NCBI GenBank assembly: GCA_021648085.1 | Contig: JAKITS010000001.1 | Span: 196,948 to 260,947 of the forward strand | Direction: 5' to 3' | DNA from: Candidatus Magasanikiibacteriota bacterium | Lineage (GTDB): Bacteria; Patescibacteriota; Patescibacteriia; Magasanikbacterales; UBA922 | Length of the DNA stretch: 64,000 nucleotides | Part shown: one piece after another, positions 19,484 to 29,299 of the stretch | How positions within the stretch are numbered: position 1 is the first letter of the stretch | Layout: every line of letters begins with the position of its first letter | Notes under the pieces: generated by a model | The model's database searches: none | What the model was told of the DNA's origin: nothing | The model's input: only the letters and a program-made list of their open reading frames with translations | Position numbers and translations under genes: made by a program

Positions 19484-19797
19484 ATGTCTGCCAAAAAGAA
19501 AACCCCATCAATATCCCGTGAAGAAATGTGGCGTGAAATAAGAGAAAAAAATGAAAAAAACCATTCTTTTTTGAACACAGCAAAACAGCTCTCGCATTTG
19601 TAATCTTGGCAGAATTAGGTGTAGCAAGTCTTACCATAATAACAGGACTAATAAGTTTGTATTATGCTGACAAATCGCTAAAAGACCCTATCGAAAAAAA
19701 TATTCGAAAAAATGTTCTTGAGGCAGAGTGGGGTTGTGCATTGGCAATAATGGGACTGATTCTAAATCTTGTAGTGCGTACTTATTTAAATCTTTAA
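19484..19797 (+). pseudogene. frameshifted small membrane protein in cassette 2
   Basis: MSAKKKTPSISREEMW..NEK joins the frame of ORF 19606-19797 if the A7 run at 19554-19560 had one more A. Confidence 0.55.
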
Positions 19798-19844
19798 GTA
19801 AAAAGTATGTTGCGTGAGTTAGTAAATAAATGGTTTGGTTATAA

Positions 19845-20246
19845 GTGGTCGCGCTATATGTTTGCACCAAAGAACGTGAATTGCGTTATATTGTTAATGT
19901 AGATTCCCCAATACCAATTCTTGGATACTTAATACCTTCATTTCAGGAATCCGGAAATCCTAGAGAACCATGGCATGTTTGGTTAAATTATAATAAGAAT
20001 TATACTACACTATTAATTACAAAAGATTGCTTCACAAAAGATGGAAGCATTAGTTCGGAATTGCTCACAAAAATCAAAACACTTGATCCCGCTTTTATGA
20101 ATAATTCAGACAAATATGAAATTTTAACCGCCCAAGATTGCGTGAACAAAAAAAATATACCTTTTATGAATAGAAATACAATAACCCTCGATAATTGGGA
20201 TAGAAATACTTTTTTATGTATTTTGCGTGATATCTTTAAAAAATAA
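19845..20246 (+). CDS. hypothetical protein in cassette 2
   Basis: 133-aa ORF co-oriented with the attC sites; start uncertain. Confidence 0.5.
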   Translation: MVALYVCTKERELRYIVNVDSPIPILGYLIPSFQESGNPREPWHVWLNYNKNYTTLLITKDCFTKDGSISSELLTKIKTLDPAFMNNSDKYEILTAQDCVNKKNIPFMNRNTITLDNWDRNTFLCILRDIFKK

Positions 20247-20522
20247 GAAATAATCTGATAAGGTGTTTTGGATTTCGACCATTCGTCCTTAATCCCTCTG
20301 CCCAAAAACCAAGACAAAAAATCAATTTTGTCCATTTTATGGAGGCATTTTCTTAAGAGAAAATAAAAGGAAAAGCGTACATCAGCTAACAGCAAATATT
20401 CAAAAATTTTTTAATTAAATTTGGTTATATTTTATTTTTAAATATCTTGGAATCTTAATAAAAATAAATTTTATAAAATAAAAAACTACTTAAATTAAGC
20501 AGTTTTTTATTTTATAAAAGTT

Positions 20523-21107
20523 TTAAGGTAAAAGTTTTAAAACATTCCACCAGTTTTCAATATATTCGGCTCGTCTATTTTGATATTTTAGATAGTAAGC
20601 ATGTTCCCAAACATCTAAAGTCAAAATTGGGGTGTGTCCAGTTGAAAGTGGGGAATCTTGGTTTGAAGTAGAATAAACTTGGAGTTTTCCATTTTCATCC
20701 CGAACAAGCCAAGTCCAACCGCTCCCAAATTTTGTGCCTGCTTCTTTATTAAACAATTCTTTGAAAGATTCTAAAGATCCAAAAGTTTCTTCTATTTCTT
20801 TTACTAAGTTTTCATCAACTTGTTTTTTTGGCCCCAAAACACTCCAAAATAAATTGTGGTTTACATATCCACCACCATTATTTTTGATAGCATTTTTGTC
20901 TGCTTCATAAATATTTAAGCTAGAAATATCTTTCAAAATATCTTCTGCACTTTTTTCTTGAAGTTCTGGATATTTTTCTAATGATTTATTGAATTTATCT
21001 GTATATCCTTGGTGGTGCTTGCTGTGGTGAATTTGCATTGTTTGTACATCTATAAACGGTTCCAAAGCATCATAAGAATATTTTAATTTTGGTAATTCGT
21101 GCTTCAT
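20523..21107 (-). CDS. sodA: Mn/Fe superoxide dismutase
   Basis: HHSKHH, FGSGWTWL, DVWEHAYYL. Confidence 0.95.
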   Translation of the reverse strand: MKHELPKLKYSYDALEPFIDVQTMQIHHSKHHQGYTDKFNKSLEKYPELQEKSAEDILKDISSLNIYEADKNAIKNNGGGYVNHNLFWSVLGPKKQVDENLVKEIEETFGSLESFKELFNKEAGTKFGSGWTWLVRDENGKLQVYSTSNQDSPLSTGHTPILTLDVWEHAYYLKYQNRRAEYIENWWNVLKLLP

Positions 21108-21132
21108 ATTTTTATATTTAATGAATTAATTT

Positions 21133-21466
21133 TGTCATCTCGAACAAAGTGAGAGTTCCCTTAAACATTTTAAAATCACAAAATATAAGCGATTTCTCAC
21201 CCGTATTCTTGGATTCGAAATGACAGAAAAAAACTAATATTTGTTTTTAATTATTTACATTATATGAAATTGTACGGGGATATTTCGACTTCGTTTCACT
21301 ACGCTCAATATGACATAATATTTCACGCCATCCTGAGCGGAATGAAGCAAAGCGGAATGAAGTCGAATGGATCTCGAGAGAGAGTTATCAGAATTATGAA
21401 TATTTTATGTTTTGGTGACGCAATTCCGAGATATTTCGACTTCGTTTCACTAGGCTCAATATGACG
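21133..21466. repeat. cluster of YGTC-tagged REP-like palindromes (5 units)
   Basis: TGTCATCTCGAAC../..TTCGAAATGACA pair; GATATTTCGACTTCGTTTCACTACGCTCAATATGAC twice; CGCCATCCTGAGCGG..AGTCGAATGGATCTC. Confidence 0.85.
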
Positions 21467-21519
21467 TCTGTGTTTTTTCTTTTCCTTTCTTACTTAATCT
21501 GCCTAATTTACTGTCTTTC

Positions 21520-22107
21520 TTATAGTTTACCAACCAATTCAATTCCAGGAGTTAAAGTTTCTTTCCCAGGTTTCCAGCTTGCTGGACACACCATTCCGTT
21601 GTGCTCATCTACAAAAATAGCAGCTTGAAGTTTTCGTAGTAATTCGTCTGCAGAACGACCAATACTATTGTCGTGCAATTCATAAGTTTTTATAAATCCT
21701 TCTGGATCTACAATAATAGTTGCGCGAAGTGAAAGCCCTTCGTCTTCCAAATAAGTTCCCATTTGTTTGCACAACTTTCCACTTGTATCTGCTCCCATTG
21801 GATATTGGATTTTTGCGATAGAAGGGGAGCTGTCGTGCCAAGCTTTGTGAGTAAAAGATGTGTCTGTGCTAATGCTCAAAATTTCTGCATTCAAACTTTT
21901 AAACTCTTTGTATTTATCTGCAAGCTCTGTAAGCTCGGTTGGGCATACAAATGTAAAATCTGCTGGGTAAAAAAACAGCACAAGCCATTTTCCTTTAAAT
22001 TTTGAAAGCTCTACATTGTCTTCCAATTTATTTTCGTGAAAGATATTCACAGATAAATCTGGCAATTGCATTCCTACAATTGGTTTTCTAAAATTTTCAT
22101 TTTCCAT
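21520..22107 (-). CDS. ahpC: 2-Cys peroxiredoxin AhpC
   Basis: FFYPADFTFVCPTE, VCPASWKPG. Confidence 0.95.
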   Translation of the reverse strand: MENENFRKPIVGMQLPDLSVNIFHENKLEDNVELSKFKGKWLVLFFYPADFTFVCPTELTELADKYKEFKSLNAEILSISTDTSFTHKAWHDSSPSIAKIQYPMGADTSGKLCKQMGTYLEDEGLSLRATIIVDPEGFIKTYELHDNSIGRSADELLRKLQAAIFVDEHNGMVCPASWKPGKETLTPGIELVGKL

Positions 22108-22217
22108 ATATTTTATTTCTTAAATATTTTATTATAGTTTGTTTATTATATATCCTTTTAGAAATATAAACAAGATAAAAAGTGTGGTATAATTGAATAA
22201 ATACATAATTTTTTGTT

Positions 22218-23105
22218 ATGCCAAAAAAGAAGTTTAATTTTTTAGTTTCAGATTTAGAAAAAATAGCAAATACCGTAAGACAAGATCTCTTAAAGATGTT
22301 GGCAGAAGCAAATTCTGGGCATACTGCAGGTCCTCTTGGGTTGGCAGATATTTTTACAGCACTTTATTTTCGTGTTTTAAATCATAATCCAAAAAAACCA
22401 GCTTGGGCAAAAAGAGACAGGCTTTGTATGTCTTGTGGGCATGTTGTTCCGGTTCGATACGCCGCTATGGCGCGTTCTGGCTATTTTCCACTTTCAGAGT
22501 TAAAAACTTTGCGAAAATTAGGTTCAAAATTGCAAGGACATCCATCTTTTTTGGATATGCCAGCTTTGGAGCATTCTTCTGGACCGCTTGGGCAAGGCTC
22601 TTCGGTAGCGGTTGGTATGGCAATTGCTGCAAAGATGAACAAGCAAAGACATTATGTTTTTTGTATTGTTAGTGATGGTGAGCAACAAGAAGGTCAAACT
22701 TGGGAAGCTGCAATGCTCGCAGGAAAACACAAACTAGACAATCTTATTTTTATAATGGATAGAAACAATATTCAAATAGACGGAACCACAGAAGAGATAA
22801 TGCCGTTAAATCCGTTGAAAGACAAATATGAAGCATTTGGTTGGCATGTTTTGGAAATAGACGGAAACAATATGAAAGAAATAATTGGAGCTTGTGAATT
22901 GGCAAAAAATATTCATGAAAAACCTGTTATGATTTTGGCACACACAATTCCAGGAAAAGGGGTGAGTTTTATGGAAAATGATTATCGTTGGCACGGAGCT
23001 CCACCGGGAAAACTAAAAACAGAGCGATCACCTTCCAAAGAGGAGCAGTTACAAGATGCTTTGGAAGAGTTAAAAAATAGTAGAAAACAAATTTTTGTTC
23101 AATAA
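22218..23105 (+). CDS. transketolase N-terminal subunit
   Basis: SGHTAG, LQGHP, GPLGQG, SDGEQQEG..N ThDP motif. Confidence 0.95.
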   Translation: MPKKKFNFLVSDLEKIANTVRQDLLKMLAEANSGHTAGPLGLADIFTALYFRVLNHNPKKPAWAKRDRLCMSCGHVVPVRYAAMARSGYFPLSELKTLRKLGSKLQGHPSFLDMPALEHSSGPLGQGSSVAVGMAIAAKMNKQRHYVFCIVSDGEQQEGQTWEAAMLAGKHKLDNLIFIMDRNNIQIDGTTEEIMPLNPLKDKYEAFGWHVLEIDGNNMKEIIGACELAKNIHEKPVMILAHTIPGKGVSFMENDYRWHGAPPGKLKTERSPSKEEQLQDALEELKNSRKQIFVQ

Positions 23106-23129
23106 TTTTTTAAAAAAAAGAAAAGAAAT

Positions 23130-23275
23130 GGATCCTTAGTCAAGGTGAGGATGACAGAAAAAGGTTTAGCTATTTATATTTTAATTATATTGCACCGAGA
23201 TATTTCGACTCCACTCCACTCAGCTCAATATGACATGAATAAAATACGTCATCCTGAGCGAAGTCGAAGGGTCTC
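23130..23275. repeat. REP-like cluster between the transketolase halves
   Basis: GGATCC..GGATGACA; GATATTTCGACT..GCTCAATATGAC back-to-back with CGTCATCCTGAGCGAAGTCGAAGGGTCTC. Confidence 0.85.
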
Positions 23276-23358
23276 GTGAAAGTATCACAAATAATAAAAT
23301 AGAAAAGAATATTTTGGGTAGGCGAAGCAATAGAATACTTAGAACATTTATTATAAAT

Positions 23359-24342
23359 ATGTACGATAAAACATTGGTAAAAAATTGGTATGACAAAAGT
23401 GTAAAAATGGTCCCAACTAGAAATGGTTATGGAGACGGTGTTGTAATTGAAGGAAGAAAGAACAAAGATCTAATGGTCTTGTGTTGCGATCTTACAGAGT
23501 CAACTCGTTCCGAAGGTTTCAAAGATGCTTATCCAGAAAGATTTTTGGAGATTGGTGTGGCAGAACAGAATCTAATAGGAGTTGCGACTGGTTTGGCTTT
23601 GGAGGGGAAAGTTCCATTTTGTTCATCTTATGCAGTTTTTAATCCAGGTAGAAATTGGGATCAAATTCGTGTTTCTGTATGCTATAACAAGGCAAATGTA
23701 AAAATTGTTGGTGCACACGCTGGAATTTCTGTTGGGCCAGACGGAGCGACCCATCAAGGTTTGGAGGATATTGCGATTACTAGAGTTTTACCAAATATGA
23801 CTGTGCTTGCACCATGTGATTACGAGGAGGCTAAGAAGGCTACAATTGCAGCTGCAAAAATGAAAGGACCTGTATATTTGCGTTTTGCTCGTGAAGCAAC
23901 TGCAGTTTTTACTACACCAAAAACTCATTTTGAAATAGGAAAAGCAAATGTTTTCAAAGAGGGGAGTGATGTGACAATTATTGCCTGTGGTCCTCTTGTA
24001 CATAAGGCTTTACTTGCTGCAAAAAAACTTACAAGTTTAAAAATAAATGTAGAAGTCATAAATAATACAACAATAAAACCGTTGGATGAAAAAGTACTAC
24101 TTGCTTCAATAAAAAAAACAGGTGCGGTTGTGACAGTAGAAGAACATCAGATCGCTGGTGGACTTGGTGGAGCAATAGCAGAGTTAACTTCCAAATATCA
24201 TCCTGTGCCTATAGAATTTTTAGGAATGCCAGATTCGTTTGGAGAGTCTGGAACACCAGAAGAATTGTTGAAAAAATATGGAATGACAGAGAAAGATATT
24301 GTTTTGGCAGTAAATAGGGTTTTAAAAAGAAAAAGTAAATAA
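23359..24342 (+). CDS. transketolase C-terminal subunit
   Basis: GVAEQN, GPDGATHQ, VEEHQIAGGLG; ATG at 23359. Confidence 0.95.
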   Translation: MYDKTLVKNWYDKSVKMVPTRNGYGDGVVIEGRKNKDLMVLCCDLTESTRSEGFKDAYPERFLEIGVAEQNLIGVATGLALEGKVPFCSSYAVFNPGRNWDQIRVSVCYNKANVKIVGAHAGISVGPDGATHQGLEDIAITRVLPNMTVLAPCDYEEAKKATIAAAKMKGPVYLRFAREATAVFTTPKTHFEIGKANVFKEGSDVTIIACGPLVHKALLAAKKLTSLKINVEVINNTTIKPLDEKVLLASIKKTGAVVTVEEHQIAGGLGGAIAELTSKYHPVPIEFLGMPDSFGESGTPEELLKKYGMTEKDIVLAVNRVLKRKSK

Positions 24343-24451
24343 AAATTATATTAAACTAAAAAATACCGTTTTTATGGTATTTTTTAGTTTAATAAATTGC
24401 CATTTTGCCATTTTTGTGATATAAATGAAATACAAACAAAAGGAGGTGGCG

Positions 24452-25384
24452 ATGAGTAAGTATGTAATGTTCTTTTTAATTTTTGTTTTATCTTTTGTAT
24501 TTTTTTCTAGTTGTGATAAAAATAGTTCAGAACCAAAAGATGTAACGCAATTTAATAGAGAGGTTTTAGCTCGTATTTATTTCAATGAGCCTATAAGTCT
24601 TTGGAAACTCAAGATTTGGACAGGTGATAATTCTGGAAAGGTAGAATTGGCAGAAGTTAATTTATCTTTTGAAAAGAGTTCTATAAGTTTAATGTTGCGA
24701 GAGAATGTCAATTTACTCTTAGATGCGATATCTTTTGTAAAAGGAGTAGATGAAGATGCGGAGTTTTTAGGGGTTCGATATATTCATATTTGGACGAGCA
24801 AAGATTTTTTTTACGGAGATTTATCTAAAACTAAAAATTTTTTTGTTGAAAGAGTAGATAATGTGGAATACCTGGAAGTTGCGATGGATGAAAAGCCACC
24901 ACTTCTTGCAGGTTGGATTCCAAGATGGGTAAAAATGACAGATGAAATTTCACTATCTTTTTATTTTGATGAGTATAATGATTTTGATAGTTATAAATAT
25001 TTAGACATAGTCATTGAAATAGACAATCCAATAACAGAGAAGTTTAGTTATTATTGGCTAACAAATTTACCTGGAGCACATTTTATATATGATGGAAATG
25101 AGGATGGTAAAAATATATTTAGAATTAGAGTAGAGGTCGAAGAACTTTTGTTAAATGAATTTGTATATTCCTTGTATCTTCCTTTGGAAAATAGAGATGA
25201 TCCAATGAATATAAATTTAATGGCTGTCACATTTGATGTTGTTTCGGGTGGTTCTTGTAATGTGGTCGGTGATGAACCTTTTTGTTCTTTTATGATAGAA
25301 CATTCTGATTTTTCTGCTTCAAGCTCCAGAAGTAAAAAGCATGGTGGTAAGGATCGTTTATCAGAAATAAAATATTTGTTTTGA
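24452..25384 (+). CDS. hypothetical lipoprotein
   Basis: AAGGAGGTG SD, signal peptide with FFSSC lipobox. Confidence 0.65.
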   Translation: MSKYVMFFLIFVLSFVFFSSCDKNSSEPKDVTQFNREVLARIYFNEPISLWKLKIWTGDNSGKVELAEVNLSFEKSSISLMLRENVNLLLDAISFVKGVDEDAEFLGVRYIHIWTSKDFFYGDLSKTKNFFVERVDNVEYLEVAMDEKPPLLAGWIPRWVKMTDEISLSFYFDEYNDFDSYKYLDIVIEIDNPITEKFSYYWLTNLPGAHFIYDGNEDGKNIFRIRVEVEELLLNEFVYSLYLPLENRDDPMNINLMAVTFDVVSGGSCNVVGDEPFCSFMIEHSDFSASSSRSKKHGGKDRLSEIKYLF

Positions 25385-25454
25385 GTTTTATAAATGTCGA
25401 TTAATTTCGGCATTTTTTCTTTCCTTTTTTGTGTTTTGAGGTTATAATTATTTT

Positions 25455-25679
25455 ATGGAAGATTTTTTCTATAATTTAACGCATTTGGATAACATGAAAT
25501 CCTTTTGGTCTGTGGCCGGGGTTCTCATTTTTTGGGCTTTGCCTTGGAAAATTTATGCAATGTGGAAAGCTTACAAAAAACAAGAATGGAGATGGTTTGT
25601 GGCTTTATTTTTCTTGAACACTTTCGCAATTTTAGATATTTTATACATTTATAAATACAGTAAAAAAGAAACATTATGA
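25455..25679 (+). CDS. small membrane protein (DUF5652-like)
   Basis: WALPWKIYAMWKA..WFVALFFLNTFAILDILY. Confidence 0.75.
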   Translation: MEDFFYNLTHLDNMKSFWSVAGVLIFWALPWKIYAMWKAYKKQEWRWFVALFFLNTFAILDILYIYKYSKKETL

Positions 25680-25975
25680 CACTAGAAAATTTAAAGAAAT
25701 TTAATTTGGACGAGGCAAAACAGATTGGGACAGAGATTGGAATAAACTGGGAAACTTCTCTTTTTGATGTAGAGCAATTTGCAGAAGGTTTACATGTAGA
25801 ATTGGAGCATGGAGCTCACGATCCACAAACAGATGTTAGTGGAGATGATACAAAGATAACTGGAAAAATAGCGTGGGCACATTTGAAAGAATTTCCAGAT
25901 TATTATATTCGTTTGGAAAAAATGGAGGAAGAAGCTGAAGCATATTGGGAAGAAAAAAATAAAGAAAATGGCTAA
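25676..25975 (+). CDS. DUF5661-like protein
   Basis: GLHVELEH..KIAWAHLKEFPDYYIRL. Confidence 0.8.
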   Translation: MTLENLKKFNLDEAKQIGTEIGINWETSLFDVEQFAEGLHVELEHGAHDPQTDVSGDDTKITGKIAWAHLKEFPDYYIRLEKMEEEAEAYWEEKNKENG

Positions 25976-26531
25976 CTTAGAGTTGGGTGGAAAAAAAATA
26001 AATTATGAAATTAAAAAAAGCAAGCGCGCAAAATATGTGCGTGTTGCTATTTTGAGTGATCGTGATATTTTGGTGACAATTCCACACAGACAAAGGTTTG
26101 TAAATGTTGAAAGAATTTTTGAAGATAAACAGGATTGGATTTTGAAGAGTCTTGCAAATTATGAAAATAATTATATTTTACTGAAAGGTGGTAGCGACCA
26201 TTATAAAAAACACAAAAAAACTGCGTTGGAATTGGTAGAAAATAAAATAGCTATTTTTGTAGGAAGCTATAATATTGAAATTGGTAGAGTTTGTGTGCGA
26301 AATCAAAAAAGTAGGTGGGGAAGTTGTTCATCCAAAGGAAGTTTGAATTTCAATTATAGACTTTTATTTTTACCAGAGCATTTGGCAGAATATATTATAG
26401 TTCACGAGCTTTGTCATTTGGTGGAGTTGAATCATTCTCATAGATTTTGGGCTTTGGTAGAGCAGGAAATACCAGATTATAAAGCTTGTAGAAAAGAGTT
26501 GAGATCAAAATATAAAATAGTAGTAAAATAG
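25968..26531 (+). CDS. YgjP/SprT-like (DUF45) zinc metallohydrolase
   Basis: SRWGSCS, YIIVHELCHLVELNHS. Confidence 0.9.
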   Translation: MANLELGGKKINYEIKKSKRAKYVRVAILSDRDILVTIPHRQRFVNVERIFEDKQDWILKSLANYENNYILLKGGSDHYKKHKKTALELVENKIAIFVGSYNIEIGRVCVRNQKSRWGSCSSKGSLNFNYRLLFLPEHLAEYIIVHELCHLVELNHSHRFWALVEQEIPDYKACRKELRSKYKIVVK

Positions 26532-26559
26532 TTTTTAATAAGGAGTAAAAAACCGACAC

Positions 26560-26619
26560 ATCATCTTGAGCGAAGCGCAAAACATACACATGTCATCCTG
26601 AGCGAAGTCGAAGGATCTC
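26560..26619 (+). repeat. REP-like palindromes (one truncated, one full)
   Basis: TCATCTTGAGCGAAG; TGTCATCCTGAGCGAAGTCGAAGGATCTC. Confidence 0.85.
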
Positions 26620-26668
26620 GTGAAAATATCACAAAACAAAAAATAAACAAATAATAAAAATTTAAATT

Positions 26669-27508
26669 ATGAAAATAGGAGCACATGTTTCGGTAGCAGG
26701 TGGGTTGATAAATTGTTTTGAAAATGCAGAAATAATTGGTGCAGAGGCTGTGCAAATTTTTGGTTCTTCGCCTAGAACTTGGAAGATAAAAAAACCAACA
26801 GATGAAGAAGTTAAAAATTTCAAAGAAGTACACAAAAAATCAAAAGTTGGGCCTATATTTTTGCACGCAAGTTATTTGGTAAATTTGGGAAGTCCTAGTG
26901 ATAAATTGTGGTACGCCTCAATAAATAGTTTGGTGGGGCATATGAAAATCGCCGAGGTTATTGGCGCAGAAGGACTTGTTTTTCATGTGGGTTCTGGCAA
27001 AGACACAACAAAAAAAGAAGCAATAAAGCGTGCTATAAAAGGAATGAAAAAAGTTTTGAAAGAAGTTCCCGGTAAAACCAATTTAATTATAGAAAATTCT
27101 GCTGGTGGTGGCACAAAACTTGGAAACACTCCAGAAGAAATAGGAGAAATCTTCCGAGAAGTGAGTAGTAAAAGAGTAAAAGTCTGTTTGGATACAGCAC
27201 ACGCATTTGAAGCGGGAGTTTTGAGATATACACAAAAAGAGATAAAAGATTTTGTAAAATTATGTGACAAAGAATTTGGTTGGAAAAATGTAGTATGTAT
27301 TCACGCAAATGATTCTAAAACAGAGTTTGATTCCAAGCATGACAGACATGAAAATATAGGAGAAGGTTTTATAGGTTTAGAAAGTTTCAAAAATTTATCA
27401 AAAAACAAAGATTTCAAAAAAGTTCCGTGGATTTTGGAAGTTCCGGGTTTTGGAGAAAAGAAAGGACCAGACAAAAAGAATATAGATATTTTGAAAAAAA
27501 TGAAATAA
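26669..27508 (+). CDS. nfo: endonuclease IV
   Basis: IGAHVS, HASYLVNL, ENSAG, CLDTAH, HANDSK, DRHENIG. Confidence 0.95.
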   Translation: MKIGAHVSVAGGLINCFENAEIIGAEAVQIFGSSPRTWKIKKPTDEEVKNFKEVHKKSKVGPIFLHASYLVNLGSPSDKLWYASINSLVGHMKIAEVIGAEGLVFHVGSGKDTTKKEAIKRAIKGMKKVLKEVPGKTNLIIENSAGGGTKLGNTPEEIGEIFREVSSKRVKVCLDTAHAFEAGVLRYTQKEIKDFVKLCDKEFGWKNVVCIHANDSKTEFDSKHDRHENIGEGFIGLESFKNLSKNKDFKKVPWILEVPGFGEKKGPDKKNIDILKKMK

Positions 27509-27541
27509 AAAAAGAACGGAGCTATAAAAGTTCCGTTTTGT

Positions 27542-27991
27542 TTATGGGCGAATGAGGTTTGTTTTATCCCATTCTGTGCAAAGTGCATTGAAAATATCTT
27601 TTGGAAGTCTGCGAAGTTCGACTCTAAGACCTAAGTCTAAGGCTTGTTTATGACCTTCTTTCATACCTTTGGACATTCCAATATCGTGATAAATAGCTTT
27701 TATTCCGTTAGCTCTCAAAAGGGTGTTCCCAAGTTCCAGACCAGATTCAATCCCTATTATTCTTTCTTTTTTAACTTTATCGTTTAAGACGCCTGATAAG
27801 GTATAAATTGCATGACTTGCGAAAGGAATTTCACCTCTTTGAAAACAATCATTCAAACAAAGATTTAAATAGGCAAGGTTGAAATCAACATCAGTCCAAT
27901 TTGGGTTATCTCCTTTATAAGGACTTTCTACAATTACAAATTTTCTATCAGAAACTGGTAATTCTTCGACAGACGGCATTTTTTTACGCAT
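27542..27991 (-). CDS. nucleoside 2-deoxyribosyltransferase-like / phage-type hypothetical protein
   Basis: VIVESPY..PFASHAIY..ER..G..SKGM pattern; AAGGAG SD. Confidence 0.6.
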   Translation of the reverse strand: MRKKMPSVEELPVSDRKFVIVESPYKGDNPNWTDVDFNLAYLNLCLNDCFQRGEIPFASHAIYTLSGVLNDKVKKERIIGIESGLELGNTLLRANGIKAIYHDIGMSKGMKEGHKQALDLGLRVELRRLPKDIFNALCTEWDKTNLIRP

Positions 27992-28120
27992 CTTCCTCTC
28001 CTTTATGAAAGAAATATACTTTTATTTTATACTATTTAAAATAAAAGTAAACTGTGTATAAGTTTTAAGTTGAGTAAAAAGTGAATATAGATTATATTAT
28101 AAAGATAATAAACAAAAAAT

Positions 28121-28912
28121 ATGTCCAAATTTTATAAAGGAAAAAGGAGTAGAAATTTGTATGATCCAAAAAGTAAAAAGCCGTTTAGATTGAGTCGTTC
28201 AAAAATTGATTTATTTTTGAGTTGTCCAAGATGTTTTTATATAGACAGAAGGCTTGGGGTTGGTCGTCCACCTGGATTTCCATTTAATCTAAATTCTGCA
28301 GTAGATACACTTTTAAAAAAAGAATTTGATATTCACAGAGCAAAAAATACCCAACACCCACTTATGAAAGCATACAATGTAGATGCAATTCCTTTTGCTC
28401 ACGAGAAAATGGATGAGTGGAGAGAAAATTTTAAAGGCGTCACATTTTTGCACGAGCCTACAAATTTTATTATCACTGGTGCGGTAGACGATTTGTGGGT
28501 AAATCCAAAAAATGAAATAATAGTGGTAGATTATAAAGCTACAAGTAAAGACGGGCAAGTGAATATAAGTGCACCGTGGCAAATTGGCTATAAGCGACAG
28601 ATGGAAGTTTACCAGTGGCTTATGCGTAAAAATGGATTTGATACTTCAGACACAGGATATTTTGTTTATTGTAATGGTAAAACAGACAAAGAAGCATTCG
28701 ATGGAAAACTTGAATTTGATATAGATGTAATTCCGTATAAAGGAGATGGTAGTTGGATAGAAAAAACTTTGGTAGAGGCACACAAAACTTTGGTAAAAAA
28801 TGAAATTCCAGAAGCAGATGAAGATTGTGATTATTGTATTTATAAATCTGCGGTAATAGAAGTAGAAAACAGTGACATTGGAAAATGTAAAGGACAGCAG
28901 TGTTTAATATAA
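28121..28912 (+). CDS. PD-(D/E)XK nuclease family protein (RecB/AddB-like)
   Basis: LSRSKI..CPRCFY, GAVDD..VVDYKAT, QMEVY, CDYC. Confidence 0.85.
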   Translation: MSKFYKGKRSRNLYDPKSKKPFRLSRSKIDLFLSCPRCFYIDRRLGVGRPPGFPFNLNSAVDTLLKKEFDIHRAKNTQHPLMKAYNVDAIPFAHEKMDEWRENFKGVTFLHEPTNFIITGAVDDLWVNPKNEIIVVDYKATSKDGQVNISAPWQIGYKRQMEVYQWLMRKNGFDTSDTGYFVYCNGKTDKEAFDGKLEFDIDVIPYKGDGSWIEKTLVEAHKTLVKNEIPEADEDCDYCIYKSAVIEVENSDIGKCKGQQCLI

Positions 28913-28921
28913 TATAATTTT

Positions 28922-29254
28922 ATGGAAGGAGAAAAATCGTACAATCCAAATGAACGAGTGTCTTTGGATGCTTCAAAGTTAAATCAAGAATTGGAAAAAG
29001 TTGGTGCAGAAGAAAGTGTGCAAGTGAATCCAGAATATCAAAAAGAAGCTCAACAACAAGAAGTACAAGAATCTGTAGAAGTTGAGCAGACAGCCAGAGA
29101 CGGTGTTCAAAACATTGGTGGCGGAAGTCCAGAAGTGCAGGCGCAGGGATTTCAAGCTCCAACTGCAGAGCAGATTTCTGAGGCTGAAGAGAATAAGCGT
29201 CGTGAGGAAATGGCAAAAGTCCCACCAAAAAAACCTTGGTGGAAAATTTGGTAA
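28922..29254 (+). CDS. acidic, probably disordered hypothetical protein
   Basis: E/Q-rich, ends PPKKPWWKIW. Confidence 0.7.
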   Translation: MEGEKSYNPNERVSLDASKLNQELEKVGAEESVQVNPEYQKEAQQQEVQESVEVEQTARDGVQNIGGGSPEVQAQGFQAPTAEQISEAEENKRREEMAKVPPKKPWWKIW

Positions 29255-29267
29255 AAAGATAAAAATA

Positions 29268-29298
29268 AAAAAAACCACCGTTTCAAGCGGTGGTTTTG
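29268..29298. terminator. bidirectional intrinsic terminator
   Basis: AAAAAACCACCG-TTTCAAG-CGGTGGTTTT. Confidence 0.75.
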
Positions 29299-29299
29299 A

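Noticed and set aside
21264-21464. 66-aa ORF
   Set aside because: Composed entirely of REP-like repeats
21133-21466. CRISPR array
   Set aside because: Repeats are inverted, degenerate and irregularly spaced, with no unique spacers or cas genes; REP-like instead
28121-28912. Cas4 / CRISPR adaptation gene
   Set aside because: Stand-alone PD-(D/E)XK nuclease without cas1/cas2 or an array
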